Source: a virus (Duplodnaviria; Caudoviricetes). Taken from it: a DNA stretch of 64,000 nucleotides. A model generated the notes under the pieces. It saw only the letters and a list, made by a program, of their open reading frames with translations, did no database searches and had not been told where the DNA came from. Below, in pieces: positions 51,883-60,461 of the stretch (position 1 is its first letter; every line of letters begins with the position of its first letter). The translations under genes were made by a program, and so were the position numbers. Where the stretch lies: the IMG/VR virus record IMGVR_UViG_3300032330_000956, positions 15,300 to 79,299 of that record; one strand, given 5' to 3'.

Positions 51883-52259
51883 CTGATTACTCCTGGATTT
51901 ACCATAAAGTAACCTGTTTCAAAGGTGGTGGAGTTTCCAGAAGAGTTGGTAAATCTTGCTTGAAATGCAGATCTTGGTAAATTAAAATAATTTGTTGCCG
52001 AAGCTGGAATAACAACAGAGATACTTCCAGAACTTGGATTTAAAACTGTAATTGCACCATTAGAAATAGAGCCAGAAGAAGGAATGGTAATAGAAGATGT
52101 GTAGCAGAGAAGATCTCCACCAAAATCATTTTTTACTTCAAAGATAAACTTTCCTCCACCAAGATTTACTGCACTACCCGTAGATGTTTCATAAAAATAA
52201 GATGTTGAAAAAGAGTCACCCTGAACAAGATTATAATTTGCCATTTTGCACCACTTCAT
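51879..52259 (-). CDS. BppU-like Ig-fold virion protein
   Basis: QGDSF..., G.F.V.PGV; Ser/Thr-rich; start may be ATG at 52244. Confidence 0.55.
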   Translation of the reverse strand: MKWCKMANYNLVQGDSFSTSYFYETSTGSAVNLGGGKFIFEVKNDFGGDLLCYTSSITIPSSGSISNGAITVLNPSSGSISVVIPASATNYFNLPRSAFQARFTNSSGNSTTFETGYFMVNPGVIS

Positions 52260-52296
52260 AAAGATTTATATTGAAATTATACCACTTTATTAGCCC

Positions 52297-52327
52297 AAAA
52301 GAAAACCCGTCCCCAGAGAGGACGGGT
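52297..52327 (-). terminator. intrinsic terminator after RNR
   Basis: ACCCGTCC-N7-GGACGGGT followed by TTTCTTTT on minus strand. Confidence 0.8.
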
Positions 52328-52346
52328 GGTACAAATTAATTATACA

Positions 52347-54275
52347 CTATTTTCCAATATCTACAATGTCACATTCACCAGATACGCAAGCAAGGGCTTG
52401 GGTTCCAGTAGTGCTATCTTCTGTTTCATAAAGAGAAAGATTTTCCCAAGAAATATTTTTTGGCATTCTTTTTACAAAATCCGCATACTCTTCGGCAGTT
52501 ACTTCTTGATAAGGAGCTTGCTTGTATGTATGATCAGAGTGGGGTAGGAATGATACTCCAGACAATTCATCAAAATACTTGTAAACCCAGGCACCAACTT
52601 CCATCCACTCTTCTTCACGAACAGATACTGTAATTGATGGCTTATGTTCACACCAAGCACGTTGATAAACTAACCATACATCCAAATGCTGGGTCGCTGT
52701 TAAATCTTTACGAGTAATTGCTCCCTTGGGTGCCTTAATTGGGAAACTAAATACTGTGGTGTCTTGTGGCTTCATAAAATCATCTTCGGCGGGAATTCCA
52801 GAATCTTTTAAAAATTCAGTTAGGGGATCTTTTTTATCTCCACGAACAGTACGAACATAATAATTGCTATGCCAAGGATGCATTCCTGATGATACTCCAG
52901 TTAACTGAGATACTGTTCCAGATGGCTTAACACAAGTAATTGCTGCAGAAGGATTAATTCCAATTTTTTCAGCATAGAACTTATTTGTTTCAACGGCAAT
53001 CTCACGAAGATTGTTTAGTGTATCAGACAAGGCATCTAAACCATTTTGCCCAGATAGTAATTTATGTCCAAATTGACCAGTAAGAGAAACTCCGAGTAAA
53101 CGCTCTTCCTCTGTATTATCTTTCCAAACCTTGCGAAGATACTTAAAGTCTGTTAACGTAGATTGCCATGTTCCAAGAATAGTAGCCAACTCTACCTTAC
53201 GCTGAATATCAGAGACTTTATCGTTTTCACGAATAATAACTTCAGATAGGTTGCAAAACTGATAAGGGCGAAGAATGATCTCGGCACAAGGGTTGGTACC
53301 ATAATGAATATTTTCATCTCTACGACCATACTTTGCAGCTTGAGCTTGTGCAGCCTTTACATTATAAATACCACGCTCACCAGACTTTGAATCATACAGT
53401 GATTTCCATTCGGCAATAAAGTCATTCATCTCTGGCTTTGCTGTATATGCTACAGAATTATTAGACAATGCACGTTGTGGAGTATTTTCCCACCATGCTC
53501 CCGCTTTAGCAGTAGCCATATCATGATCATTTAGATTTGATAGCGAAATCATAGCACTACGGCGAACTCCGCCCACAACAACTACTTCACCAATTTTGCA
53601 CATAATATCATGAGCTTCAATAGGCTTTAGCTTGCGACCTGCTGCGCCACGAATAGTCTTAATGGCAAAATCAAAGAGGTTTACGAGTGGTTGTGGACCC
53701 GATGCACGACCACCAAATGTCTTTAATCTAGCACCTGCAGGACGAACCTTTGAGATATCGATTGCTGGAACTTGACCTTGATATAAAAGGGCAATAAGCT
53801 CACGAAGTGCTCTAGCCCAACCAGCCTTTGAGTCTTCAACAATAATTACTGTTTCGGTCTTTTCAAAATGCTCGTTAATTACTGGCAACTTGTCTACATA
53901 TGCTTGTTCTACTGAGAAACCTACCCCTGTTCCACACATAAGAATATACATAGCCTCATCGAAAGAACGAAGTGAGTCTACAGGAAGAAATGAACAATTG
54001 TATCCTGCCACATTATCTCGTTCTAATGCAGGACCTGCGGTCATAACCGAACGCATAGATGGCATAACATTTCTATCGAATACAAATTGCTTTAATTCTT
54101 CAACAAGCTTTTCATCTGGGACATACCCATGCTTGTTATTCAAATGCTTGGTCATGTGATCGAAATAACGATCTACAGTCTCTGACCAAGTTTCTCTTCT
54201 GTTTTCGTTCTCTAGCCATCTAGCATATCTGCTTAGGGCAATAAAATTTTCATACGGATTTTCGATCCCGCTCAT
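52347..54275 (-). CDS. nrdJ: class II (adenosylcobalamin) ribonucleotide reductase, monomeric RTPR type
   Basis: RRETW.ETVDRY, YNCSF, VVGGVRRSA, TNPCAEI, CVKPSGTVSQL, C-terminal CVSGEC; no NrdB partner seen. Confidence 0.92.
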   Translation of the reverse strand: MSGIENPYENFIALSRYARWLENENRRETWSETVDRYFDHMTKHLNNKHGYVPDEKLVEELKQFVFDRNVMPSMRSVMTAGPALERDNVAGYNCSFLPVDSLRSFDEAMYILMCGTGVGFSVEQAYVDKLPVINEHFEKTETVIIVEDSKAGWARALRELIALLYQGQVPAIDISKVRPAGARLKTFGGRASGPQPLVNLFDFAIKTIRGAAGRKLKPIEAHDIMCKIGEVVVVGGVRRSAMISLSNLNDHDMATAKAGAWWENTPQRALSNNSVAYTAKPEMNDFIAEWKSLYDSKSGERGIYNVKAAQAQAAKYGRRDENIHYGTNPCAEIILRPYQFCNLSEVIIRENDKVSDIQRKVELATILGTWQSTLTDFKYLRKVWKDNTEEERLLGVSLTGQFGHKLLSGQNGLDALSDTLNNLREIAVETNKFYAEKIGINPSAAITCVKPSGTVSQLTGVSSGMHPWHSNYYVRTVRGDKKDPLTEFLKDSGIPAEDDFMKPQDTTVFSFPIKAPKGAITRKDLTATQHLDVWLVYQRAWCEHKPSITVSVREEEWMEVGAWVYKYFDELSGVSFLPHSDHTYKQAPYQEVTAEEYADFVKRMPKNISWENLSLYETEDSTTGTQALACVSGECDIVDIGK

Positions 54276-54329
54276 GTGTATACCTCTTCAATTTTTGGAT
54301 TTAGGTTTCTAGTGTACCATTTAAAAATT

Positions 54330-55322
54330 CTAAAATCTAGACTTTTGGATTTTTTTTAATTTTCCGATTGCAGGTTTGCTAACTAGATCCCAATCGTACT
54401 CTTGGTGAATTTTAAATGAGTTTTTAAAAGCAGAATCGCTATATTTGGAATAGTCATTGAATACATCCCACATAAGTTGTTCCAAATGGGCAGCATCTGG
54501 CTTAAGCATTTTTCCAGGATGAATAGGTTCCCAAGGATTGTCTGACCATGAAGATTCTAATGGCAATGTAATTCTATTTGCGTATTCTGCCCAAGCGTAA
54601 GTTGATATTGTGGGAATACCCATAGCCATAGCTTGTAATGGATTAAACCCAAATCCCTCACCCCAACTTGGATACACAAAGCAATGAGCGGAAGAGTAAA
54701 GATTCAACATTTCTCCACTTGAGAGAATATCTTGATTAATAATAATATTTGGATAAAATTTATCTGGGCTATCCCATTCATGTCCGTTAGGTTCTTGAAC
54801 TTTTAAAAAGTGCATACCCGTACATTTCATAATTAAACGCACATTGGGATTATAGCCAAAAAGTTTGATAAAAGTGTTTACAACAAGTTGTCCATCTTTG
54901 CGAGAAAATGGTTCTCCAATATGCAAAAAAGTAAATGGTTGATTTCCCAAATACTTTCTTTTTTTTGGAGAATATGCGTGATCAATTCCATGCATATAAA
55001 CAAAAACTTCTCTATCTAGTTTGTCTTCAAACAACTTTTTGTTAAAATTAGATGTTGTCCATACTTCATCGCATCTATCGAAGTTTTCTTTCCAACCTGG
55101 CATAAACTCAGTAGATTCCCAAGGGGTATAACCAATCTTGTATTGGTTTTCTTTAAATTTATATTCGTGGGGTTGGGTGAAAGAGATTCCAATATCAGTA
55201 TCCGCATCTACAAGACAATTAATGCCTTGTTTGCGGAAGGTGTTCCAGATATGCCAAGAAGCATTACCGAATCCCACCACTGTTGCCATATATTCGGGGG
55301 CACCCGTAAAAGAAATCTCCAT
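54330..55322 (-). CDS. GT-B glycosyltransferase (GT4-like)
   Basis: YTPWEST, RKDG, YPSWGEGFGFNPLQAMAMGIP (ExF-like motif). Confidence 0.88.
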   Translation of the reverse strand: MEISFTGAPEYMATVVGFGNASWHIWNTFRKQGINCLVDADTDIGISFTQPHEYKFKENQYKIGYTPWESTEFMPGWKENFDRCDEVWTTSNFNKKLFEDKLDREVFVYMHGIDHAYSPKKRKYLGNQPFTFLHIGEPFSRKDGQLVVNTFIKLFGYNPNVRLIMKCTGMHFLKVQEPNGHEWDSPDKFYPNIIINQDILSSGEMLNLYSSAHCFVYPSWGEGFGFNPLQAMAMGIPTISTYAWAEYANRITLPLESSWSDNPWEPIHPGKMLKPDAAHLEQLMWDVFNDYSKYSDSAFKNSFKIHQEYDWDLVSKPAIGKLKKIQKSRF

Positions 55323-55350
55323 TGCTTGATTATAGCAATTTGCATTTAAT

Positions 55351-55379
55351 TTGACAACATTAGAAATAATTTCTACAAT
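55351..55379 (+). promoter_or_regulatory. sigma70/SigA consensus promoter at strand switch
   Basis: TTGACA-17 nt-TACAAT, divergent from the GT promoter TGCTATAAT (55329-55337). Confidence 0.75.
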
Positions 55380-55471
55380 TACATCTGTGTGTATATAAAT
55401 AATATATAATATATATAAAGAATATAATTAATAGAATTATATAACTAATATAAGAAAAGAATATAATACTA

Positions 55472-55702
55472 ATGAACTTTGGCGTTTTCAGACAATATTA
55501 CGAATTGCAGACAAATGGACTTGTTCCTACCATTGCCTGTGGAAATGATAAATTACATTTGGGGCTAGTTCCCAATATGGACTCAGAAGACAAGATTTTT
55601 TTATACTGCCTAGAATGCGACTATAAAAAGTTTCCAGGAAGTGGGTTCTATAACTCAATGAAGATTGTTTTATCAGGAGTAGAGGTGGCAAATGTCGGAT
55701 AA
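55472..55702 (+). CDS. zinc-binding hypothetical protein
   Basis: IAC..D..H...LYCLECDY. Confidence 0.65.
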   Translation: MNFGVFRQYYELQTNGLVPTIACGNDKLHLGLVPNMDSEDKIFLYCLECDYKKFPGSGFYNSMKIVLSGVEVANVG

Positions 55703-55889
55703 AGACCCAGAATTAGACACTAATGCTCTATATGAGATTATGGGTGGAATGTATATTACTTTGCTTCGTATCTATGATATGTTATCTTTAATTGTTCCTG
55801 ATAGTAATAAAGCTTCTGAATTGATTTCTTTGCATGAGTCAGGAAGGGTCCTGTCTCCAGATCCCGCCCTAGTGTTAGATGATGAATGA
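55692..55889 (+). CDS. hypothetical protein
   Basis: 65 aa, SD GAGGTGG, coupled. Confidence 0.65.
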   Translation: MSDKDPELDTNALYEIMGGMYITLLRIYDMLSLIVPDSNKASELISLHESGRVLSPDPALVLDDE

Positions 55890-55977
55890 TCATTGGACAG
55901 ATGATTATATAAACGATAAAGTGAGAATTATTGTTTGTCCATTCTGTCTTGAATTTAAAATGCTTTGCCAACTACCC

Positions 55978-56007
55978 TTGACAAATGCTGCTAATATATC
56001 CTATACT
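55978..56007 (+). promoter_or_regulatory. sigma70/SigA promoter
   Basis: TTGACA-18 nt-TATACT upstream of 56043 ORF/thyX operon. Confidence 0.65.
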
Positions 56008-56042
56008 AAGCATCTAAACAACTGTAAAAAGAGAGAAGAATT

Positions 56043-56309
56043 ATGAATCCTGTAATTGAATTTACTGACAAGCCTAGAAAAATGCAATCTTATCGTGTAG
56101 GAAAGATAAGTTGTCCACATTGTAAGACATATTCAATGAATGTAATTATTCCTATTGATAAAAAGTCTTTTGAACGCTTTGATGAACATGCTAATGCATG
56201 TCAGGATCTAACTAGATTAGAGAATATGGATGATTCCCTAAAGACCCCCGAAATTTTAAAGCAAATTTCTGACTATAAGGATAAGATGGTTCGTGGATAC
56301 ATTAGATAA
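56043..56309 (+). CDS. hypothetical protein
   Basis: 88 aa with CPHC. Confidence 0.6.
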   Translation: MNPVIEFTDKPRKMQSYRVGKISCPHCKTYSMNVIIPIDKKSFERFDEHANACQDLTRLENMDDSLKTPEILKQISDYKDKMVRGYIR

Positions 56310-56310
56310 A

Positions 56311-56400
56311 ATGAAACGTGCAATAGAATACCTTTTGGTTTATAGCCTTGGAGCTATTATTCCTTGGGTTCTGATTTATTTAGGAGTTAAATATTTATGA
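56311..56400 (+). CDS. small membrane protein (29 aa)
   Basis: Hand-translated MKRAIEYLLVYSLGAIIPWVLIYLGVKYL; fills gap, ATGA overlap with thyX. Confidence 0.5.
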   Translation: MKRAIEYLLVYSLGAIIPWVLIYLGVKYL

Positions 56401-57098
56401 AATTTTCTAGTGACATGACTGTTGAATTAATTAAACATTCAGCATCGGATAATGATGTAGCATTTGCTGCCCGTGTATCTACTAAGGGAGATCAGGCTAA
56501 TACATCTATTGAATCCCCCGAATTGTCTGGACTCATTAACTTTCTTATGCGTGAACGTCATGGTTCACCATTTGAACATTCAAATTTTACATTTTATGTC
56601 AAAGCCCCCATTTTTGTGTGGCGTGAGCATATGCGTCATCGTATTGCTTCATATAATGAGGAATCTGGTCGATACAAGGTTCTTGATCCAGAATTTTATA
56701 TTCCCGCCGATGATCGTAAGTTAATTCAAATTGGTAAAGCAGGAAAATATACTTTTGAAAAAGGTACACCCGAACAGCAATATGCAGTCGAAAACAATTT
56801 TATAAACGCCTCTAAGGACTGTTATGAGGCATATGCTACTATGTTGCAGCAAGGTATTGCTAAGGAAGTAGCTCGTGAAATTCTACCATTAAATATTTAC
56901 AGTAGTGCTTATGTAACTATGAATGCTAGAGCATTGATGAATTTTTTGAGCTTACGCACAAAAGATGAAAATTCGCATTTTCCAAGTTATCCACAGCGTG
57001 AAATTGAAATGGTTGCAGAGCAATATGAAGCTACCTTTGCTGAATTAATGCCAATTACGCATGCTGCTTTTATTCAGAATGGTCGTGTAGCACCTTGA
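56397..57098 (+). CDS. thyX: flavin-dependent thymidylate synthase
   Basis: H.SPFEH, REHMRHRIASYNEESGRY (RHR-x7-S), AREILP, LRT. Confidence 0.96.
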   Translation: MKFSSDMTVELIKHSASDNDVAFAARVSTKGDQANTSIESPELSGLINFLMRERHGSPFEHSNFTFYVKAPIFVWREHMRHRIASYNEESGRYKVLDPEFYIPADDRKLIQIGKAGKYTFEKGTPEQQYAVENNFINASKDCYEAYATMLQQGIAKEVAREILPLNIYSSAYVTMNARALMNFLSLRTKDENSHFPSYPQREIEMVAEQYEATFAELMPITHAAFIQNGRVAP

Positions 57099-57274
57099 GT
57101 GAATCATACGCACATATTGGTTACAAATTAAATAAAAAATTGCAATGTTGTGTATGTAAGGTCGAAGTAGGTCTATCTAAGGCAAAATGGCTATCAGAAC
57201 CATTTTCTGCAAAATTAAATCCATATTGTGATATATGTGCAGATGCTTTTTTACGATCCCGCCAAAATATCTAA
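57095..57274 (+). CDS. small Cys-rich protein (59 aa, TTG start)
   Basis: Hand-translated MSESYAHIGYKLNKKLQCCVCKVEVGLSKAKWLSEPFSAKLNPYCDICADAFLRSRQNI; TTGA overlap with thyX stop. Confidence 0.55.
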   Translation: MSESYAHIGYKLNKKLQCCVCKVEVGLSKAKWLSEPFSAKLNPYCDICADAFLRSRQNI

Positions 57275-57289
57275 TAAATGTGAGATTGG

Positions 57290-57718
57290 TCACATATATT
57301 TGAACAAATATTCAATTGCATTATTTAGTATTACTGAACTATCTTTAAACATTCCTAAGCCAATGTTGCAAGTACCACAGAGTAGTCCACGAACTTTATT
57401 AGTTTTGTGATCATGATCAACATGACAATTCCAGCCTATGCTTGTTTTGCAGATACCACATTGGTATTGCTGATATTTGAGCATACCTTCCATATCTTTG
57501 TCAGATAATTTGTATTCTCTCTTACGTCTTTGCCTCAATTGTGATTGTTTGTACAATTCTGGGTTATTATCCCGCCAATTTTGGTTTACCGATGTTTTGC
57601 AAGGTTTACAATAAGCTGTGATACCTTCTTTTCTTGCAGAATCTTTGTAAAATTCCGATCTTGGAAGCACTTGTTCGCACTTAGGGCAAAATTTATGTGT
57701 ATTTGTATTTTTGTACAT
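57290..57718 (-). CDS. endonuclease VII-like (HNH) endonuclease
   Basis: N-terminal CPKC...CKPC; QYQCGIC...HVDHDHKTNKVRGLLCGTCNIGLG.FKD. Confidence 0.88.
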   Translation of the reverse strand: MYKNTNTHKFCPKCEQVLPRSEFYKDSARKEGITAYCKPCKTSVNQNWRDNNPELYKQSQLRQRRKREYKLSDKDMEGMLKYQQYQCGICKTSIGWNCHVDHDHKTNKVRGLLCGTCNIGLGMFKDSSVILNNAIEYLFKYM

Positions 57719-57805
57719 GTGTATATTTTAGCACGATTGCATTCACATTTCAAATTGACCAAAATGTTATTTTGTAATTTTCTTGTATGATACACTACCC
57801 CGTAA

Positions 57806-57830
57806 GCACACTATTTTTTGGATAGTGTGC
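57806..57830. terminator. stem-loop at left boundary of the repeat region
   Basis: GCACACTAT-N7-ATAGTGTGC perfect 9-bp inverted repeat just after the 57846 gene stop. Confidence 0.6.
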
Positions 57831-57845
57831 CCATTAAGGGGGACT

Positions 57846-58010
57846 CTAATCCTCACATTCGCAAGGGTTAGAGTAATCGCCTACACAGTAGACACAGCCC
57901 AAGTCCTCGCCATGTGCGATACACACGATTCGGTCCTGATACTCATCACAGCAGTAGAACATTTCGTTTAGCACTACCTCGAAAAATTCGTTTAGGTTGA
58001 TAGTTTCCAT
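57846..58010 (-). CDS. Cys-rich microprotein (54 aa)
   Basis: METINLNEFFEVVLNEMFYCCDEYQDRIVCIAHGEDLGCVYCVGDYSNPCECED; SD GAGGTG; own promoter 58039-58060. Confidence 0.75.
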   Translation of the reverse strand: METINLNEFFEVVLNEMFYCCDEYQDRIVCIAHGEDLGCVYCVGDYSNPCECED

Positions 58011-58060
58011 TTTGTCACCTCATTTCGTTGTTAGTAATAGTATGGCATAGGGTACTGACA

Positions 58061-58273
58061 TTATTCCGCCAATTCGATTAGCGAATAAAAAATTTCGCTA
58101 TGTTCGCACACGCCATCAAAATTAGGCATACCCTGATTATCAAGGTAGCACACATCATTTCCGCACACCATAGGGACATAGTTTGTGGGTAGGTTATGCA
58201 CTAGCGAACAAGTGTCACACACAGTCATTCCGTTATCTGATGCCCAATCGCATACCACGCAAAAAATTTCCAT
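58061..58273 (-). CDS. Cys-rich small protein (70 aa; start at MEIFC)
   Basis: SD GAGGT before ATG 58273; CVVC...CDTC...C...C...CEH. Confidence 0.65.
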   Translation of the reverse strand: MEIFCVVCDWASDNGMTVCDTCSLVHNLPTNYVPMVCGNDVCYLDNQGMPNFDGVCEHSEIFYSLIELAE

Positions 58274-58283
58274 TTCGATACCT

Positions 58284-58409
58284 CTATTCGCTAATTGTTT
58301 CACAGATGAAACAGGTTGATGTTTCCGACATTTCCCACGCCTCTAGGCTATCGCCACAAACGGCACACGCTAGGGATACTGTCATTTCGTCTAAGTCATA
58401 ATCAAACAT
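58284..58409 (-). CDS. zinc-ribbon microprotein (41 aa)
   Basis: MFDYDLDEMTVSLACAVCGDSLEAWEMSETSTCFICETISE; SD GAAAGGT; promoter 58445-58466. Confidence 0.7.
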   Translation of the reverse strand: MFDYDLDEMTVSLACAVCGDSLEAWEMSETSTCFICETISE

Positions 58410-58561
58410 TTTGATTACCTTTCGTAGTAGTTGCTTACTATGTAAGTATGGCACAGACAACCGACAAAAATACGCAAAACACGCAAAAAAAGAAAAAAAA
58501 ATAAATTAATTTTGTCGGCGTGTCGTGTCGTTATTTGTCATACCTCTATGCTAAAATTTTT

Positions 58562-58597
58562 GCCCCGCAGGGGCAAGCTTTTCGAACATATGTTCGA
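58562..58597. promoter_or_regulatory. GCCCCGCAGGGGC hairpin + LexA SOS box
   Basis: Hairpin 58562-58574; TCGAAC-ATAT-GTTCGA 58582-58597. Confidence 0.75.
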
Positions 58598-58756
58598 ATG
58601 GGGGATTGTACCATAGACCTCTGACAAAATGTGACAAAAACACGCCAAAAAAAAATAAATCTTTTTTTTCTTTTTTGCCCTATTTGTCATTATTTGTCGG
58701 TGCTAGATGCTAAGGTGTAACCATAATCAAGAAACAATGAAAGGTAGGTAGTCACA

Positions 58757-58969
58757 ATGACTAACCAAACATACACAGTAATCAACAAGCGTGATGAAAT
58801 CACACTATCCCCTACTAGCCTCTATGATGCTCTACTCTTTGCATCTTTCATCTATGATGGTGCAGGTATCCTAGTGGACATTATCAACCCACTAGGCGAG
58901 ATTGTTGATTACCGCATCAACTATCAGGGTAAGGCAATGCTAACCGACAACCTTGCGAGATTGTCCTAG
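58757..58969 (+). CDS. small protein, YDGAG family copy 1
   Basis: SD GAAAGGTAGG; paralog of 61729-61911. Confidence 0.75.
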   Translation: MTNQTYTVINKRDEITLSPTSLYDALLFASFIYDGAGILVDIINPLGEIVDYRINYQGKAMLTDNLARLS

Positions 58970-59017
58970 CCTAGTGCTAGGGTAATCCCATAATCGAAAA
59001 CTAACAAAGGAAAAAAA

Positions 59018-59212
59018 ATGACCGCATCAACATTCTACTTTATCGATTCACTACTACTGTCAATTATCTTTAGCCTATTGGTAGTGCGTCACCTTGATAC
59101 CCGCCAACGCACAACGGGCAAAGCGTATGACCGTTATGATGTAATTTTGCAACTTGTGGCAATGTTTGCACCAATAGCAACCCTTCTTGCATTTTGTGTG
59201 ATTGCCTCATAA
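59018..59212 (+). CDS. small two-TM membrane protein
   Basis: SD AAAGGA; two hydrophobic segments. Confidence 0.7.
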   Translation: MTASTFYFIDSLLLSIIFSLLVVRHLDTRQRTTGKAYDRYDVILQLVAMFAPIATLLAFCVIAS

Positions 59213-59237
59213 TCGCAACAGCCCGAACGGGTGGCGT

Positions 59238-59274
59238 TCGAACATTTGTTCGAAAAACGCTGCCCCGCAGGGGC
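59238..59274. promoter_or_regulatory. LexA SOS box + GCCCCGCAGGGGC hairpin
   Basis: TCGAAC-ATTT-GTTCGA 59238-59253; hairpin 59262-59274. Confidence 0.75.
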
Positions 59275-59484
59275 AAAAATTTTACCACAGACCTATGACA
59301 AAAAATGACAAAAAACGCTGAAGTTATCAAATTGTTACAATTTTTTCTGCCCCGCAGATCGTGGCGTGTCAAGCCGACACGCCGATAAAAAAAATAAATC
59401 TTTTTTTTCTTTTTTCGTGTTTTTGTCGTTTTTTGTCGGTCACCTATGCAATACTTAGAACATAAGCACAACGAAAGGAAAAAA

Positions 59485-59652
59485 ATGGCTAACGAATTTT
59501 ACCTCTACGACACACTAAACCTAGATGTGTATTGGACATTCGAAACTTTTGCAGAAGCACAAGAAATTATGGCAGGTATGCAAAGGGCAGACCGCAAGCA
59601 ATACCCAGATGAAATTCATAACTATGAAATTTCAGACCTAGCACCATTCTAA
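59485..59652 (+). CDS. small protein (55 aa)
   Basis: MANEFYLYDTLNL...; SD GAAAGGA; promoter 59434. Confidence 0.7.
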   Translation: MANEFYLYDTLNLDVYWTFETFAEAQEIMAGMQRADRKQYPDEIHNYEISDLAPF

Positions 59653-59676
59653 ACAAAAACTAACAAAGGACAGAAA

Positions 59677-59832
59677 ATGACTTACCCAACCGCTACCGAA
59701 ATGTACGCCATGACTAATCAAGAAATGTGGGATTGGATGCTAACCCAACCAAACTATTTCATAGATAGTGATGGAATGATGGATTGTGATGAGAATTGCG
59801 AACATCTAGAGATGTGCATGATGTGTGGCTAA
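59677..59832 (+). CDS. Cys/Met-rich microprotein (51 aa)
   Basis: MTYPTATEMYAMTNQEMWDWMLTQPNYFIDSDGMMDCDENCEHLEMCMMCG; SD AAAGGACAGAAAATG. Confidence 0.7.
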   Translation: MTYPTATEMYAMTNQEMWDWMLTQPNYFIDSDGMMDCDENCEHLEMCMMCG

Positions 59833-60086
59833 CACATAACCCAAAAACCCTTGCAAATAAAGGGTTTTTGCGGGGCAACAATTTTAGCATACACCTATGA
59901 CAAAATCTGCCAAAAACACTCAAAGTTATCAAATCGTTACAATTTTTTCTGCCCCGCCAATTTGGGTTTGTCAAGGCGACACGCCGATAAAAATAAAAAA
60001 AATAATTTCGAAAAAATGCCGTTTTTGTCGTTGCGTGTCCTTGTTTCGTGCTACAATTTTGGTAACAAACAAACGAAAGGGACAAA

Positions 60087-60374
60087 ATGTCTTACTCACC
60101 AAAAATTGCAAAATGGCAACGCACCATGCTTGACGCTATCAAAATGTCTAGCGGTTGCGTATCTTGCGAAAACATTCTTCCGACAGTATCTGCAAAAATT
60201 CTTGATGTAGAAATTCCTGCGACATGGTTCGACTTTGACCATGTAAACCCTGCCACCAAAAAAGTTGCGGTTGCACGAATGGTTGGGCGTTACGCATACA
60301 CAACAATTCTTGCCGAGGTTGCAAAATGTCAGGTTCTCTGCAAATTCTGCCACGCACTAAAAACGCACAAATAA
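60087..60374 (+). CDS. HNH endonuclease-like protein
   Basis: CVSC...FDFDHVNP..K...EVAKCQVLCKFCHALKT. Confidence 0.75.
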   Translation: MSYSPKIAKWQRTMLDAIKMSSGCVSCENILPTVSAKILDVEIPATWFDFDHVNPATKKVAVARMVGRYAYTTILAEVAKCQVLCKFCHALKTHK

Positions 60375-60461
60375 AATTTTTTGCCCCGCCAAATGGCGAA
60401 AAAATGTCAGACCTAAGTGCTAGGCTATAGCCATAATCGAAAATCAAGAAAAGGACAGAAA

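Larger units (their letters stand above)
59290..60005. repeat. ~110-bp imperfect direct repeat (59290-59400 and 59890-60005)
   Basis: CCTATGACAAAA..AAGTTATCAAAT(T/C)GTTACAATTTTTTCTGCCCCGC-N11-TGTCAAG..CGACACGCCGATAAAAA in both. Confidence 0.8.

Noticed and set aside
17629-52259. Diversity-generating retroelement targeting the Mtd-N-like fibre
   Set aside because: No reverse transcriptase or adenine-mismatched TR/VR pair seen in the window
55882-56046. 54-aa ORF MNDHWTDD...
   Set aside because: It spans a consensus promoter (55978-56007) and has no clear RBS; too weak to list
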